Assembly: GCA_016705245.1 (NCBI GenBank)
Contig: JADIYM010000003.1
Location: 420,148-484,147 of the forward strand
DNA length: 64,000 bases
Reading direction: 5' to 3'
Source of the DNA: Blastocatellia bacterium
GTDB lineage: Bacteria; Acidobacteriota; Blastocatellia; UBA7656; JADIYM01
The notes under the pieces are model-generated. The model saw nothing but the letters and a program-made list of their open reading frames with translations. It did no database searches and was not told where the DNA came from. A program made the position numbers and the translations under genes. This document shows positions 41,710 through 54,706 of the stretch, piece after piece (within the stretch, counting starts at the first letter, position 1; every line of letters begins with the position of its first letter).

Positions 41710-42725
41710 GCGGGTACCTCCAGGAGGACAGATTCGATGGCTTCGTCGACGGAGGCGGCCTGAACCTGCCCGGCCGACCGGGCCCTCACGGTTCGCCACG
41801 GTCCGGACGACCAGGGCCGCCAGAGATCGATATTCGAGGGTCCGAAAATCACGACCAGAGGACGGGCAAAGGCCGCCGCGATATGGGCGGGACCGCTGTC
41901 ATTGCCGACGAAGAGCGCTGCGCGCTCGATGAGCCCCATGGTTTCGGCGAGCGATAGATCGGGCATCGGCACCCCATCGCGACCTGACGCCTCGCGAACG
42001 AGCTCGGCGTCCCGCCCAACGACGATCGCGTGCATTCCGCGATTCTCGAGCAGCCGCGTTGCAAGAGACGCGAACTGCGCTGCCGGCCAGCGCTTCGATT
42101 CGAGCGACGCCTCGACGTGGAAAACGGCGAAAGTCCTTCCCGACAACCCGGCCTCGTCGAGCCGCCTCTCGATCTCGGGGACCGCCGCCGCCGGAGTTCG
42201 AAGACTCGTCGGCCCGCCGGATTCGACCGGAATGCCGATGCCGGCGAGCAGGGCCAGCTGATGTTCGACCGTGTGCACGTGTGATCGCCTCCATACGTCC
42301 AACGAGGACGTGACCCGGCAGTTCGACAGGCCGGCGAATTGGTACCCCGCGAAACCGACTCGAATCGGGGCCCCGCTCGCCAGTCCAAGCAGCGATGCAG
42401 TCGATCCGCCGTTCAGGTTAACGGCCAGGTCGTAGCGCTCGCGCCGGATTTCGGGGACGGCACGAAGCCGCGCGGTCGTGGACCGCCCGACTGTCACGAC
42501 GCGCCGGACGTCCGGATGCGATTCGAGCACGGGCGCGCAGAACGGCTCGAGTGCGACATCTACGTCGACATCGGGCCGCCAGCGCTTGAGCGCCGAGATG
42601 CAGGGCGTCATCAACACGGTATCGCCGATCGAGCGGAGACGGACGAGAAGCACCCGCTCGATGCGATCGAGCACTGGTGGCCGGCCGACGAACGACGCGA
42701 CGGGGATGTCAGGCCGCGTCGCCAT
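41706..42725 (-). CDS. glycosyltransferase family 9 (ADP-heptose:LPS heptosyltransferase-like)
   Basis: 339 aa; [24 protein letters not shown]-terminus and [13 protein letters not shown]-terminal motif typical GT9. Confidence 0.8.
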   Translation of the reverse strand: MATRPDIPVASFVGRPPVLDRIERVLLVRLRSIGDTVLMTPCISALKRWRPDVDVDVALEPFCAPVLESHPDVRRVVTVGRSTTARLRAVPEIRRERYDLAVNLNGGSTASLLGLASGAPIRVGFAGYQFAGLSNCRVTSSLDVWRRSHVHTVEHQLALLAGIGIPVESGGPTSLRTPAAAVPEIERRLDEAGLSGRTFAVFHVEASLESKRWPAAQFASLATRLLENRGMHAIVVGRDAELVREASGRDGVPMPDLSLAETMGLIERAALFVGNDSGPAHIAAAFARPLVVIFGPSNIDLWRPWSSGPWRTVRARSAGQVQAASVDEAIESVLLEVPA

Positions 42726-42894
42726 CCTCCTCGATCCTGGCCTCGTCGATCAGCATGACGGGAATATCGTCGCGGATCGGATACACCCGATGGCATTCGG
42801 GACAGACGAGCCCGCTGCCGTCCGCCTTCAACTCGACCTTCGCCTTGCACGCGGGGCAGACGAGGATCTCGAGCAGATCGCTGTGAATGGCCAA
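42709..42894 (-). CDS. Trm112/YcaR-like small zinc-finger protein (DUF343)
   Basis: TTG start with AGGAGG 7 nt upstream; [16 protein letters not shown]...[25 protein letters not shown]; hidden at the 3' end of a long spurious ORF (42709..43878). Confidence 0.65.
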   Translation of the reverse strand: MAIHSDLLEILVCPACKAKVELKADGSGLVCPECHRVYPIRDDIPVMLIDEARIEEDGDAA

Positions 42895-43059
42895 ACGAAT
42901 CGCCTCCTGAACGAATCGGCAGTGCTGCGGAACCCCGAACTCTACCCGCCGCCCGGGGTGTTGGCAAGCACGGCCGACGGACCCGGAATCGTCGCCGAAT
43001 GTGCGAGAATGCGCGGCGGATCGCACGTCGCGTACCCATTCCACCAACTCGAGCACACA

Positions 43060-44799
<1,740 letters not shown>

Positions 44800-44821
44800 G
44801 GTCGACGGGCCAGGTTGTTTC

Positions 44822-44896
44822 GCGCAAAGGCGCAAAGTACACCGGATTCACCGGCTATTTCACACCTGCAATTTTTGCCCTTTGCGCCTTTGCGCG
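44822..44896. repeat. Family-A palindromic repeat copy A5
   Basis: GCGCAAAGGCGCAAAG ... CTTTGCGCCTTTGCGCG, same arms as A1 with a different loop. Confidence 0.8.
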
Positions 44897-44939
44897 AAAT
44901 TTCGGCTATCCGTTGCCCCGTCAGGTCGCCCGGACGTAA

Positions 44940-45457
<518 letters not shown>

Positions 45458-45461
<4 letters not shown>

Positions 45462-46648
45462 CCTCCCCGCCGCGCGTCCCACTTGCCGATCGACTCGCCA
45501 GGATGACCTCGTCGTCCACGCTGCGAGTGCTGCAGATGACCGAGAAACTCCGCGCCGAAGGCATCGACGTGATCAGCCTCGGGGCCGGCGAGCCGGATTT
45601 TCCGACACCCGAGAACATCCGCGAGGCTGCGATCACCGCGATCGAAGCCGGTTTCACGAAGTACACGTCCGCGGGCGGTATTGCCGACCTGCGTCGCGCG
45701 ATCATCGAGCGCATGCGGCGGGACTTTGGCGGCGAGTACGGAATGGAGGAGGTCATTGCCACGGTCGGCGGCAAACAGGCGATCTTCGAGGCCATCGCCG
45801 CGATCGTGAATCCTGGCGACGAGGTGCTCATTCCGGCGCCGTTCTGGGTAACGTTTCCCGAGGTCGTGCACTTCTGCGGCGGCACACCGGTCTTGATCGA
45901 CACAGAGCCAACGCAGTTCCAGCTGACCGCGGATGCCGTGCGCGAGCGGATTACGCCAAAGACGAAGCTGCTCGTCGTGAACTCGCCGAACAACCCGACC
46001 GGCCGCGTCGTGCCGGCAGAAGAAATGCGCCGGATCGTCGAGGTCGCGGCCGAGCACAACATCTGGGTGCTCATCGACGACTGCTATCTCTACTTCGTTT
46101 ATCCGCCGGTCGCGCCGTTCTCCGCTATCGGCCTGCCTTCGGAGTTGCGCGATCGTTGCCTCGTCACCGGGTCGTTCTCCAAGACATATGCGATGACCGG
46201 ATGGCGTATCGGCTACGCCCTCGGTCCGTCGGAGTGGATCAAGGCCATGCTGATGATCCAGAGTCACTCGACGTCGAATCCGACATCGATCAGCCAGTAT
46301 GCCGCGATCGAGGCTTTTGCCGGGCGACAGGACTCGGTCCGCGAGATGCTCGACGAGTACCGGAGGCGCCGTGACTGGCTCATTCCGGCACTCAACGACA
46401 TACCGGGAATCACGTGTGTGATGCCCGAGGGCGCGTTCTACGCTTTGCCGAACGTTCGGGGAGTGCTTGCAGATGACCTGCCTACGTCCCGTGCTCTTGC
46501 CGATGCCCTCCTCGAACACGCTGGCGTCGCGGTGACATCCGGCTCGGCGTTCGGTGCTGAGGGGTACATTCGACTGTCGTACGCTACGGCACTTGATGAC
46601 CTGCAGCGCGCTGTCGAGCGGATTCGGGATTTTCTCGATCGAAGGTAG
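45458..46648 (+). CDS. pyridoxal-phosphate-dependent aminotransferase, class I (aspartate aminotransferase-like)
   Basis: SFSKTYAMTGWRIGY (PLP-Lys context), NSPNNPTG; 396 aa; ATGA overlap with coaD stop. Confidence 0.8.
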
Positions 46649-46942
46649 CCGGGCCGATGCGGAGCGAGGGCTGGAGGTTCATCTCGAGATGCGAGAGGCT
46701 CAGGTCGGCCCGTCGCTTCGCTCCGGGTTCTGGGCCAATCGGTGTGCGTGGCGGTCGGGCCGGATCGGCATGTGGTGGGACCGCCGGTGCGCGTGTCGGA
46801 CGGCCCGGAGCGGCACCTGGTGGGCCGACGGTGCCTTCGTCAGGCGCGTGGACGATCAGCGCCGAGAGGGCAGGCAAACGACTGAGGTGGGCCCCCCGGC
46901 GTTTCTGGCCGGGGAGCGCGAAGACGATGTTCTGACTCCCGC

Positions 46943-47158
46943 TCAGAACTTCGTGATGCTGATGTCCTGGTCGGCGTCCGAGTGGAACTTCTTGTAGAAG
47001 ATCACGAAGGCACACACACAGAAGACCGCGATTCCGACAATGGCGAGAATCATGTGCGTGAAGCCAGCTGACTCCGTATTGTGCTTCGCGTACTCGTTGA
47101 ACTCGTAGATCGCAAAGGCCGCAGCCGCCAATCCCACTACCCAGAGCAGAGCTTGCAT
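46943..47158 (-). CDS. small membrane protein (71 aa, two TM helices), hypothetical
   Basis: ATG 47158 with GAGGAG upstream; LLWVVGLAAAAFAIY and ILAIVGIAVFCVCAFVIFY. Confidence 0.45.
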   Translation of the reverse strand: MQALLWVVGLAAAAFAIYEFNEYAKHNTESAGFTHMILAIVGIAVFCVCAFVIFYKKFHSDADQDISITKF

Positions 47159-47245
47159 ACCTCGTCTCCTCAACGGTCCTCGGACTCGGAACTCGTCGTA
47201 TCAATGTTGTCGAAATGGTTTGGGAGAAACCCGGATGGCCGCATT

Positions 47246-48304
47246 ATGGCTTTCGACTTCATGCGTGTCAACGGGATGCGTTTTCGGTCACGACCCTGCT
47301 GCAACCTCAAGCGGCAGAGTGGCGTATCACGATTCGTGCCGCGCAATCTCATTGCAGTGCTGGTTCTGGCCGGACTGATGTGGACGGCGCCGGGCGAACC
47401 ACGCGCGGCGGCGCGATTACCGCTGCAGGACGACGAGATCGTTCGGCTCGAATCCGACCTCGTCACGGTCGACGTTGCGGCCACCAATGCCAGGGGTGAG
47501 CCGGTCACGGATCTCAAACTCCACGAAATACGCCTATTCGAGGACGGCGCCGCCCGGTCGATCGACTTCTTCGCTTCGGCAGCCCTACCGGACGTGTCAC
47601 GCCCCCTGGCCGTCGTCATAGCTCTCGATACGTCCGGGAGCATAACGCGCGACGAACTCGAGATTCAGCGGCGCGCGGCCCTGCAGTTCGCGGACCTCGT
47701 TCGGCCAGAGTCACTGTTCGCGGTCGTGGCCTACAACCACGAGGTTAAGGTCCTCCAGAAATTCACCGCCGAGAAGCGCGATATCAGCAAGGCGTTCGAC
47801 AAGATCAAGGATGTCGGCGGCGCGACGCGAATCTTCGACGCGCTCGACCAGTCGGTGTCGATGCTCGCAAAAACACCGTCGACTCGCAGTGGACGCAAGA
47901 TGCGTCGCATAGTCGTCACCATCACGGATGGAATCGACAGTTCGAGCACGATCAACTCGATTGAGCTCATCCGTCGGGCGGTAGCCGCAAATGCGACGAT
48001 CTACTCGATTACCCTGCCGTCCTACATCCAGGCGCTCGACGGAACCCGGCGACGGGCTCTCACGATCCTGGATGCTCACGGCATCGTCCCGGCAACGGGC
48101 GGCGTGGATTTCTCGGCGGACGGCGATGACTACGCCCCATTCTTCAAGGCCATTGCCGGCGACGCCGCCGGTGGCTACCAGGTCGCTTTCTACCCGTCGG
48201 ACGCGGCTAAACGCGACGGGAAGCCGCACGCGGTTCGGATCGAGGTCACGCGCCCCGGGGTTCAGCTTCGCTCGAGTCGACAGAGCTACGAGATATTGCG
48301 CTGA
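47246..48304 (+). CDS. von Willebrand factor type A (VWA) domain protein with signal peptide
   Basis: MIDAS DTSGS; LIAVLVLAGLMWTAPGEP signal-like segment; start ambiguous among ATGs at 47246, 47261 and 47276. Confidence 0.7.
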   Translation: MAFDFMRVNGMRFRSRPCCNLKRQSGVSRFVPRNLIAVLVLAGLMWTAPGEPRAAARLPLQDDEIVRLESDLVTVDVAATNARGEPVTDLKLHEIRLFEDGAARSIDFFASAALPDVSRPLAVVIALDTSGSITRDELEIQRRAALQFADLVRPESLFAVVAYNHEVKVLQKFTAEKRDISKAFDKIKDVGGATRIFDALDQSVSMLAKTPSTRSGRKMRRIVVTITDGIDSSSTINSIELIRRAVAANATIYSITLPSYIQALDGTRRRALTILDAHGIVPATGGVDFSADGDDYAPFFKAIAGDAAGGYQVAFYPSDAAKRDGKPHAVRIEVTRPGVQLRSSRQSYEILR

Positions 48305-48355
48305 TCGGCACGTCGCCGCGTGCATTCCGGTGTGCACCTGTGCTCGAATTGCCGA

Positions 48356-49606
48356 ATGCGAGCAACACCCGGCACGATGGCCATTCTCGTTGGCGGGGGA
48401 CCCGCCCCAGGCATCAACTCTGTCATTGCGGCCACCGCAATCGAGGCAATCAACGCGGGGTTTACGGTACTCGGCGTTCAGGACGGCTTCAAGTGGCTCG
48501 TCAGGCGTGATCCGTCGCAAATGCGGAAGCTGGGCATTCCGGACGTCTCGAGAATTCACCTCGCGGGCGGCTCGGTCCTCGGGACCTCGCGCGAAAATCC
48601 GACGAAGTCGCCGGAGCGACTCGATGCGGCTGTCGAGACTCTTCTCGGCGCGGGCGTCACACACCTCGTCACGATAGGCGGTGACGACACGGCGCTCTCA
48701 TCGAGCTCAGTGGCCGCGCACTCGGGCGGTCGCATTCGCGCGGCGCACGTCCCGAAGACGATCGACAACGATCTGCCGCTCCCACCTCACATTCCCACGT
48801 TCGGCTTCCAGACGGCCCGGCACGTCGGCGTCGAGCTCGTGCAGAACCTGATGGAGGATGCCCGGTCCACGGGACGGTGGTACGTCGTTGTTGCGATGGG
48901 TCGAAAGGCGGGACACCTCGCGCTCGGCATCGGAAAAGCCGCTGGCGCGACGCTGACGATCATCGGAGAGGAATTCGGGCGCGACGTCGTCCCCTTCGCT
49001 GAGTTCTGCGACATCGTCGAGGGCTCGATCATCAAGAGGCGCGCTGCTGGCCGGAACCACGGTGTCGCCGTGCTCGCCGAAGGGCTGATCGAAAAACTCG
49101 ATCCGGCCGAACTCGAAGGCCTGCAGGATGTCGAGCGCGACGACCACGGCCACGTGCGTTTCGCCGAGGTCGATCTGGCGCGGCGCGTCAAGGTAGAGGT
49201 ACAGGGCCGTTTCCTCGACCGCGGAGTCAGGGTGAACATCTCGGCAAAGACCATCGGGTACGAGCTCAGGTGCGCGCCGCCGATTCCGTTCGACGCCGAA
49301 TACTGCCGCGATCTCGGATTCGCGGCAGTGAGATACCTTCTGTCCGGAGAGAGCAATGCCATGGTCAGCATTCAGGGCGGCAAGCTCGTTCCGCTGCCCT
49401 TTTCGGCGATCCGCGATCCCGAGACCGGAAAGACGCGCGTTCGACTCGTCGACACGTCGAGCTCGGGCTACCGCGTCGCTCGCGAATACATGATCCGACT
49501 CGACGAAAGCGACTTTGAGCGAACAGATCGGATTGCACGGCTCGCGGCGGCGGCTCGAATGGAGCCCGACGCATTCGTTGCCCGATTCGGATACCTGGGA
49601 CGGTGA
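48356..49606 (+). CDS. 6-phosphofructokinase family, pyrophosphate-dependent type by motif (GGDD, PKTIDND)
   Basis: GGGPAPGIN, GGDDT (Asp replaces the Gly of ATP-PFK GGDGS), PKTIDNDL (Lys replaces Gly), MGR. Confidence 0.8.
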   Translation: MRATPGTMAILVGGGPAPGINSVIAATAIEAINAGFTVLGVQDGFKWLVRRDPSQMRKLGIPDVSRIHLAGGSVLGTSRENPTKSPERLDAAVETLLGAGVTHLVTIGGDDTALSSSSVAAHSGGRIRAAHVPKTIDNDLPLPPHIPTFGFQTARHVGVELVQNLMEDARSTGRWYVVVAMGRKAGHLALGIGKAAGATLTIIGEEFGRDVVPFAEFCDIVEGSIIKRRAAGRNHGVAVLAEGLIEKLDPAELEGLQDVERDDHGHVRFAEVDLARRVKVEVQGRFLDRGVRVNISAKTIGYELRCAPPIPFDAEYCRDLGFAAVRYLLSGESNAMVSIQGGKLVPLPFSAIRDPETGKTRVRLVDTSSSGYRVAREYMIRLDESDFERTDRIARLAAAARMEPDAFVARFGYLGR

Positions 49607-49611
49607 TATCA

Positions 49612-50850
49612 ATGCGACTCGAACGAATCGGGGTCCTCGTTGGAGGAGGACCGGCGCCTGGCACGAACGGAGTGATTGCAGCGGTTGCCATCGAGGGAAT
49701 AAACCGCGGCTGCTCGGTTCTCGGCCTCCACAACGGGTTCGAATGGCTGGCCCAGCATTTCACGGACGAACAACACGAGCTTTCGATCGCAGAAGTCTCG
49801 CGAATCCACTTGCGGGGCGGAACGATCCTCGGCACGTCGCGCATCGATGCGGCGCAGGACGAGCGGTCCCTCGAGAACACGGTGCTCGCGCTGCAGAAGC
49901 TTCGCGTCGAGGCGCTTGTTGCCATTGGCGGCGACGACGTTCTGCGAAGCGCCGCGGCCCTCGAGCGGGCGTCGAACGGCGCCATCCGCGTCGCGTTCGT
50001 TCCGAAGACGATCGATAACGACGTCTGGCTGCCGCTCCCGATTCCGACACTCGGCTATGAAACCGCGCGGCACGTCGGGGTCCGGATGATCCAGAACCTC
50101 ATGGAGGATGCCAAGACGACGGGCCGATGGTACATCGCCGTCACCATGGGCCGGCCGACGGGTCATCTGACGTTAGGGATTGGCAAGGCCGCAGGCGCGA
50201 CGGTGACGATCATCCCGGAGGAGTTTGGCACCCGCGACGTGTCGCTCGATGACATCGCCGACATTCTCGAGGGATCCGTGATCAAGCGACGCGCGAGCGG
50301 GCGCGACTTTGGCGTTGCCGTCCTCTCTGAGTCGCTCGCCGAGCGAATGCGCAGCGACGAGGTCGCGGAGCTCGCCGATGTCGATCGGGACGCCCAGGGC
50401 AATATCCGGGTCACTGAGATCGACCTCGGGCGGAAGGTGAAGAACGCCGTCCAGTCGCGGCTCGAGCGCCGGGGAATTTCGACCACGATCGTCGACAAGA
50501 CCATCGGCTACGAGTTGCGCTGCGCTGCACCTATACCGTTCGACGCCGAATACGCGAGGGATCTTGGTTACGCGGCGGTCACGCACCTGCTCGACGGGGG
50601 TACGGGAGCCATTGTGATCCTGCAGGGAGGTGAGTTCCATCCGGTGCCCTTCGCCGACGCGCTCGATCCGGTGACCGGCCGCGGACGGATGCGGTACGTC
50701 GACATCGACACGGAGGGCTACAGGGTAGCTCGCGAGTACATGGTGCGAGTTGAACCCGAAGACTTCGAGGATCCGGAGCAGGTGTCGAAACTCGCGTCGG
50801 CCGGGGCGATGACGGTGGAGGAGTTCACCGCGCGGTTCTCGGCTCAGTGA
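49612..50850 (+). CDS. 6-phosphofructokinase family paralog in tandem, also PPi-type by motif
   Basis: MRLERIGVLVGGGPAPGTNGVI, GGDDV, PKTIDNDV, TMGR. Confidence 0.8.
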   Translation: MRLERIGVLVGGGPAPGTNGVIAAVAIEGINRGCSVLGLHNGFEWLAQHFTDEQHELSIAEVSRIHLRGGTILGTSRIDAAQDERSLENTVLALQKLRVEALVAIGGDDVLRSAAALERASNGAIRVAFVPKTIDNDVWLPLPIPTLGYETARHVGVRMIQNLMEDAKTTGRWYIAVTMGRPTGHLTLGIGKAAGATVTIIPEEFGTRDVSLDDIADILEGSVIKRRASGRDFGVAVLSESLAERMRSDEVAELADVDRDAQGNIRVTEIDLGRKVKNAVQSRLERRGISTTIVDKTIGYELRCAAPIPFDAEYARDLGYAAVTHLLDGGTGAIVILQGGEFHPVPFADALDPVTGRGRMRYVDIDTEGYRVAREYMVRVEPEDFEDPEQVSKLASAGAMTVEEFTARFSAQ

Positions 50851-50996
50851 CTTCGTGCGGTGCAGGAGAGTGGACAGAATTCACGGGATTTGAAGAGGAT
50901 TGTCGGGACGGCTTGATTGAGGTTGTGGCGCGCTCGGATTCTCAACAAGCATTCCCTCGAATCCTCGGAAAATCCTGTCAATCCTGTCCACTCTCT

Positions 50997-51045
50997 CGCT
51001 TCGCACGCAGAGACACGTAGGCACAGAGTGGTGACGCAGCGAGGC
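50997..51045. repeat. Family-B repeat, partial/degenerate copy B5
   Basis: CGCTTCGCACGCAGAGACACGTAGGCACAGAGTGGTGACGCAG. Confidence 0.5.
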
Positions 51046-51094
51046 CGCGCGAACCTCTCGGCTCGCACGGCCTCGCCAGTCGTTGAGGCGACGT

Positions 51095-51586
51095 CTAGCC
51101 CTGCGGAGGCTTCGGCGCGGGAGGCGCGGGAGGCTTCGGCTGTCCACCGCCACCGTCCGCCTTCGGGGCTGCGGGCGCAGTTCCCTGAACGGGACTCGTA
51201 CCTGGAGTCTTCTTCGGCTCTTCGCCGACCTCGAGCACGCAGTCGCCGAACGTCACCCGAAGCGCCGCTGCTTCGGCCACGGGCTTCACCTCGAGCGTCT
51301 TCGTCCGAATGATCGTGTTGTTGCTTACCCGACCGGAGAGCAGAACGCTTTCGGCTTCGACTTCCCCGGCGATTTCGCCCTCCGAGGTGATCTGCCCGAC
51401 GCGCATCTTGCCGAACACCGCGCCGCCGGTCGCGACGGTCAACGACGGAGCGTGGACCTCGCCCTCGACGCGGCCGCTCACGGCCACGGGGCATTTCGAA
51501 ACGATCGAGCCCTTGAACTCAGTCCCTTCTTCGACAAGGGTCTTCTTGACGCTCGCTGCTGCTTCAGCTTTCTTCGGATCCGCCAT
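51095..51586 (-). CDS. bactofilin family cytoskeletal protein with C-terminal Pro-rich tail
   Basis: Repetitive beta-helical core GSIVSKCPVAVSGRVEGEVHAPSLTVATGGAVFGKMRVGQITSEGEIAGEVEAESVLLSGRVSN; tail PKPPAPPAPKPPQG. Confidence 0.8.
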   Translation of the reverse strand: MADPKKAEAAASVKKTLVEEGTEFKGSIVSKCPVAVSGRVEGEVHAPSLTVATGGAVFGKMRVGQITSEGEIAGEVEAESVLLSGRVSNNTIIRTKTLEVKPVAEAAALRVTFGDCVLEVGEEPKKTPGTSPVQGTAPAAPKADGGGGQPKPPAPPAPKPPQG

Positions 51587-51613
51587 GCCGGCTCCCTCCT
51601 CTTTCGGTGTGCG

Positions 51614-52880
51614 TTACCGGTGATTGTTGGCGTGCAGGATTCGCATCCGCAGCTTGCAGCCGGGCTCGAACGCGAAATGCGTCGACTGATCCGGCTGCTG
51701 CACAACTCCAACGACCGATCCGTGCGAACTGACGACCAGCCGCTTCGGTCCGACGATGCCCGGGCTCGCACCTTCGAAAAACTGTCCGTGGATCGTGATG
51801 TTCCCACCACCGGTGATCTGGCAGTCGACGAGGACGCCATCCTGCCCGACGACGAGTTCCGCGCCTTCACCAAGAGCGATCGAACACTGCTCGAAGCGGC
51901 TTTCGATCTCGACGTACGCCGACTGACCGAACTCGAGGTTCGCGTTTCGAAGCACGTCACCCTTTCCGAAGTAGCGCTTGATCCGGTCATCACCGCCACT
52001 GGCGGTCGCCGCGGCGACCGCTGCAGCCGCTGCCGCCTTGCCCGACAGCACCGCCGCAATCTGATCACCCGTAACCCGGACCGATCCGTCGCCGTCAGCG
52101 CTGTTGTCGACCCACTCGGCAATAACGCCTTCGACATCGCCGCCACCTGCCTCGATGCCGAACACCTTCGCGCCGGTCAGGATCGCGCCTGCGAGGCGTG
52201 TCCCGGAAATGGACGCCCGTCGAAGGTCGGCGCCCGTCAGGTCGGCTCGCGTGAGATCCGCCTTCGAGAGATCCGTCTTCGAAAGGTCAGCACCGGCGAG
52301 CTTGGCGCCGCGGCCGACGACGCCCGAGAGATTCGCGTCGGCAAGGATGGCCCCCGTCAGGTCCGCCTCCTCGATGTTCGCGCGCTCCACGTTCGAGCTC
52401 GTCAGGTTGATCTTCGACATCTTCGCGCCGCTCAGGTCGCACTCGACGAGGTCGGCATACGAAGCATCGGCGTCGCTCAGATCGGCTCCACCAAGCTTGG
52501 CTTCATCGATCTGGGCATACATGAGGTGCGCTCCGGAGAGGTTCGCACCTTCGAGATTGGCGCCCTCGAGGTTGGCGCGATTGAGTTTCGCGCCGGCCAG
52601 GATGGCCATCTCGAGGTTGGCTTCCTCGAGGTCGGCCTTCTCGAGGTTGGCTCCCGTCAGGTCCGCGCCAAGCATCTTAGGCCTCCCCCATGCTCGCGTT
52701 CGCCAGATTCGCCCCCTTGAGTTTCGCCTCCTCGAAGTTAACGCCTTCGAGATCCGTGCGACGGAGGTTCGCGCCTTCGAGGTTTGCCTTCGAAAGGTCG
52801 ACGCCCGAAAGGTCGGCACGTTCGAGGCTTTCGCCCTTCTGGACTTTCTCCAGAACTTCTTCTCTAGTGAAATCTGCCAT
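51614..52880 (-). CDS. pentapeptide-repeat protein (~420 aa), apparent frameshift near 52686
   Basis: More than 30 A(D/N)L(S/T)GA pentapeptide units. N-terminal 67 aa (from 52880, SD GGGGAGG upstream) are in a different frame from the body; the junction is at a C5/G5 run at 52686-52690. Confidence 0.75.
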
Positions 52881-52930
52881 TGGAGTCGCTTACCTCCCCA
52901 GAAACTTTGGTCGCTACGTCTGGCGAATGC

Positions 52931-54348
52931 TTACAGCGGGATGTTCTCGGCGCCGCCTTCAACGAGGAAGGATGCGAGCCGGTCGATTCGGCGTTCAAAC
53001 GGGAGCTTCTCGATCTCGTGGATCAGGTCGACCTCGCCAAGTTGCGCAAGGACGACATTGATCTGCAGCAGCGTATCCTGCCGCGCCTGCCGAAGCCGCT
53101 TCTTTTCTTCCGCGGCTTCTTCCGTCCAACCGTTCGACGCACGCTCGTAGCCCTCTTGCTGGGCCTTGAGGTCGCCGATGAGCGTCGCAAGCTTCGCCCG
53201 TTCGGCCGTGCGGTTCGCATCGGGCGCCACCGACTGGATCTCGGCGCGATAGCCCTGGAACTTCTCAACAATCTTCGCACCCAGCCAGTCGGGGATTCCC
53301 GCCGTTGCGGCGAGGTCCTCGGCCTTTGCCAGGAAGAACACTTCAAGCGTCGTGAGGCCGGCGGCATACAGCTTGTCGACCGTGACCTTTCGAACGTCGG
53401 ATACCTGCATGAGCAGCGAGTGGATGATGATCGACTCGCGCTGGTCGCGCTCGGCGTCGAGCGTGAAGGCCTGCGGCATCAGCTCGATGAGCGTGTCGTA
53501 GGTCGAAATCAATTCTTCGCGAATCTCGCCCGTGATCATGCGTCCTTCGCTGTTCGACGCGAGCTCGAGAATGGCGTCGAAATCCTCGACGGCGCGATAA
53601 ACGTCCTGCAGCTCCATCTTCTCGGCGGCGCGCTTGATCGACAGCACGGCCGGCTGGCAGATGTCGATCCACTCCTTGACCGTATCGCCCCGGTTGATCT
53701 CGATCATGAAGTTGCGGACGGCACGAACGTAATTCGCGGCGATGTCGGCAAACAGATCGCGGATCGGCGCCTGGTCCACAACGACTCCGTGTGAGGAGGC
53801 GTCACCGACGGGAGCGGACTGGCCGCCGCCGGTCGCACCGGCAATCGCGGCGTCGAAGTTCGAGTCGAAATCTCCGAGCAAGTCATCGAGGTCGTCGAGG
53901 AAGCCCTCCCCGAGGTCGCCGCCACCGAGCGGAGCCGTTGCAGGTGCGGGCGTGGGCAAAGGAGCTGAAGCCATTCCCTGAGGAGCCGACGGAGGAGACG
54001 GCGTGAAGGGACTCTGCAGCGGAACCGTCATCTGGTTGATGTTCGGATCGAAAGGCTGCGTCGTAGTGGCCGAGGGCGGAGCCGCCTTGGCTGTTGTTTC
54101 AGCAGAGGAACCAAGCGGAGCGGTAGCGGTTCCCGGTTTGGCGGCCGAGAGGTCCGCGGGAACCGATGTCTTGATGGTCGCGAAGTCCGGAGCGGGCTTT
54201 GGCGGCGACTGAACTGGAGGCGGAGGTGGCGCCGGTTTCGGAGCTGGCGGCGCGGGTTTTGGGGTTTCGCGCTGAACAGGCTGCGCGGGTCGAGGCGGCT
54301 CAGGTTCTTCTTTCTTTTACGTCCGAAGAGTCGCGAGAGAAAGCTCAT
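52931..54348 (-). CDS. hypothetical protein: N-terminal MSFLSRLFGRKRKK, long Pro/Ala-rich linker, C-terminal domain with helix-hairpin-helix-like segment; apparent frameshift near 54306
   Basis: The start ORF (54348) and the Pro-rich frame join if one A is added to the A4 run at 54306-54309. C-terminus LYAAGLTTLEVFFLAKAEDLAATAGIPDWLGAKIVEKFQGY; operonic with pentapeptide and bactofilin genes. Confidence 0.6.
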
Positions 54349-54706
54349 GGATTGTCCTCAAAAAGGCCATGGCCCGACGCCTGCAGCGGCCCCGTCCACT
54401 TGATCGGCAACCACTCACAACGATTACGGCCCGATACCACGATTCTTGCTGGAGGCACAGTAACCTCCCTCTCACTTGTCGACAGAACGGTCAATAACGT
54501 TAGAGCGGGTTGGTCCCGTACCTCAGGAGATGAGACTGGCCTGCCGAATTGTCAGTCGAAATCGGAGCTGTGAAACGCTGTAGTGGAGCGGATGGCAGAG
54601 TATACAGAAAGAGTTGGGGTGTCAATAGGTTGCGCGGATTGCACGGCATCCGGCACGGATGCGAATCGCGCCGCCCTCCAGAGGATCGCATCACCCCTGT
54701 TCCCAG

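Noticed and set aside
46649-46942. Possible small gene or RNA in the 294-bp spacer after the aminotransferase (semi-repeated GGTGTGCGTGGCGGTCGGGCCGG / GGTGCGCGTGTCGGACGGCCCGG and a CCCCGGC...GCCGGGG hairpin)
   Set aside because: No ORF with start and SD, repeats are short and imperfect. Most simply a terminator/spacer region.
50851-51094. Lower-GC convergent spacer with 11-12-bp inverted repeats (AGAGTGGACAG...CTGTCCACTCT) between PFK paralog and bactofilin
   Set aside because: Interpreted as a bidirectional terminator region containing the degenerate repeat B5. No evidence for a separate element.
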